Shown here: positions 62,404 through 64,000 of the stretch, piece after piece
How positions within the stretch are numbered: position 1 is the first letter of the stretch
How the letters are laid out: each line of letters starts with the position of its first letter
Assembly: GCF_000143415.4 (NCBI RefSeq)
Contig: NW_003314301.1
Span: 1,480,981-1,544,980, forward strand
Direction: 5' to 3'
DNA from: Selaginella moellendorffii
Taxonomy: Eukaryota > Plantae > Lycopodiophyta
DNA: 64,000 nt
Program-made: the position numbers and the translations under genes
The notes under the pieces: generated by a model
What the model was told of the DNA's origin: nothing
The model's database searches: none
Seen by the model: only the letters and a program-made list of their open reading frames with translations

Positions 62404-63152
62404 TGGCAGCACAATTTCATACATCAAAATGCTGCTAAGTCCCAAACAGTTGGACTCAAGGTCCAACTGCCCAAGTTCCAACCCAATGACCAACTTCAGT
62501 TTCTTAGCAATCTCGGTTCAACACTCTACAGCAGCAACTCTACAACAGACTCGAACACCGGACGGGTACAAATGACCCGAAAGCGGTTACCAGGAGCGGT
62601 TGCCAGATGATGACATCTGTACTGCAGACATAAACCCGAAAGGACCATGGCAACAAGCATGGACATGGTTGCCCAGGACTTAGTATAAATAGGCTAGCTG
62701 TGAGAGTGATAATTTTATCCCATCTCTACTCTACACAAAGAAAAGCTTTGTAAAAATTTTCTTTATCAACTGCTTGTGAGATTTGACTTCCTACTCTGTG
62801 TTCTGGGATTGACACTGAGATGCATTTAGTTTTCACTCAGTTTTCCTTTCTATTGTATCAGTGCATTCACTTGTTCTGGGTTTTTGTTGATTTTGTGGCC
62901 TGCGCCATCCTTGCCTACCTTCAGTTCTATTGACAGCCAAGTTCTTAGTGTGGATCAAGGAGTTGTACGACCGGCCAATCATGTAGCCTCTCTTTCTATT
63001 CTCGTCAGACTTGTAATCCGACTGGCAACCAAATACTCAACTGAGCCAACCATTTCATGATTTCACCATTCCAACCCCTTTTCCATTTTCCCCTTTGTTT
63101 CCTTCTTTTCTCCATAACACTTGTTTTTCCATGATAACAGCCACTCCTGCCA
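62404..63152 (+). mobile_element. Solo LTR of a second family (~750 bp)
   Basis: TGGCAG...CTGCCA terminal inverted repeat; flanks ATATT/ATATG (4/5 TSD); internal TATA gtataaatagg at ~62683 followed by a T-rich U5-like tract; GC higher than flanks. Confidence 0.7.
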
Positions 63153-64000
63153 ATATGGCATTGCATTTTTATTAAAAACTCAACATAGAAAAGAGCTTCT
63201 TATAAGCTAAGGGATTCTATTACTATTTCCACTATGTCCTTATCCTCTATATTTGCTATCTCATATTGCTTAAAAACCTTAGTCTTCAACCATGTTACTA
63301 TGACTATCATATTGTTATTACAAGATTCTAAAGTAGCGATCTTTATTACTCCTATTGTATGCTTAAAAACACCAATCTTCTTTATTTGTAACACTTGGAA
63401 TTTCACATTCTTTTGCAAGGTTATATGAACTTTTCATGCATACTACTCACATGCTCGGGACCAATATATTCAAACCTACATGTGCAATTGTTACAAAGAT
63501 GTCAACAAAACTAATGAAAAGCTTACTTTAGTATTTCTCCAATTTCAAGATCTTTTAAACACATAGGTGATTGCATGTTGCTCCCATTAGAATTTGAACT
63601 AGGAATGATGAATCTTCTTTTATTAGTCATCCTCATTATCGGAAATGACAAATAGCCACCTTATAAAGAAGTGTCAAGGATAGAGGCAATAGAAAATAAC
63701 TTATTTTACCTAAACTACAAATGATGAGAGTTCTAGTGCATTTTTTATTTCTTCAAGTTCTTCTTCTAAATACTAATTATCTTATTTATCATTTATATCA
63801 TCCCCACCAGCATTAACAATTATGTCCTCATTGCACTATTTTTATAGAATTGCAAGCAAATTTCTTCTTCTCATTAGATTTCCATCTAGGAAATAGAGGA
63901 TATCAATCTAAGAATTGCTAACAATGTTGATATATGTGGCTTCATCACATGCTTAGTAGCAAATATTGCAGCCATGACCACATCCTCGTCATTGTTTTGA

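Overview
Eukaryotic, non-seed land-plant genomic DNA. The very compact genes, ~50-70 bp introns and short intergenic spacers resemble the lycophyte Selaginella (inference). Two GC-balanced gene islands alternate with AT-rich transposon-derived blocks. Island 1 (~11.9-34.2 kb) holds a germin-like cupin, JJJ1/DNAJC21, an At5g53440/HIZ2-like R/D/E-rich protein, a trihelix TF, DHQ-SDH, GFS12/BchD BEACH-WD40, an SRPBCC protein, an F-box gene and STT3B. Island 2 (~48-52.8 kb) holds an orphan ORF, a GDSL lipase, ZMAT5/U11-U12 20K and a RUP-like WD40 gene. The TE blocks contain a decayed Ty3/Gypsy (1-5 kb), a ~2.1 kb near-perfect foldback of a retroelement accessory ORF (7.8-9.9 kb) and three solo LTRs with target-site duplications. 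The most notable element is a decayed Helentron/HLE2-type rolling-circle transposon (41.8-47.15 kb) encoding Rep + PIF1 helicase + a C-terminal AP-endonuclease. It is bracketed by hairpin motifs and preceded by a spliced RPA70-like gene and small orphan ORFs. All homology calls come from motif recognition by eye; no database searches were run.
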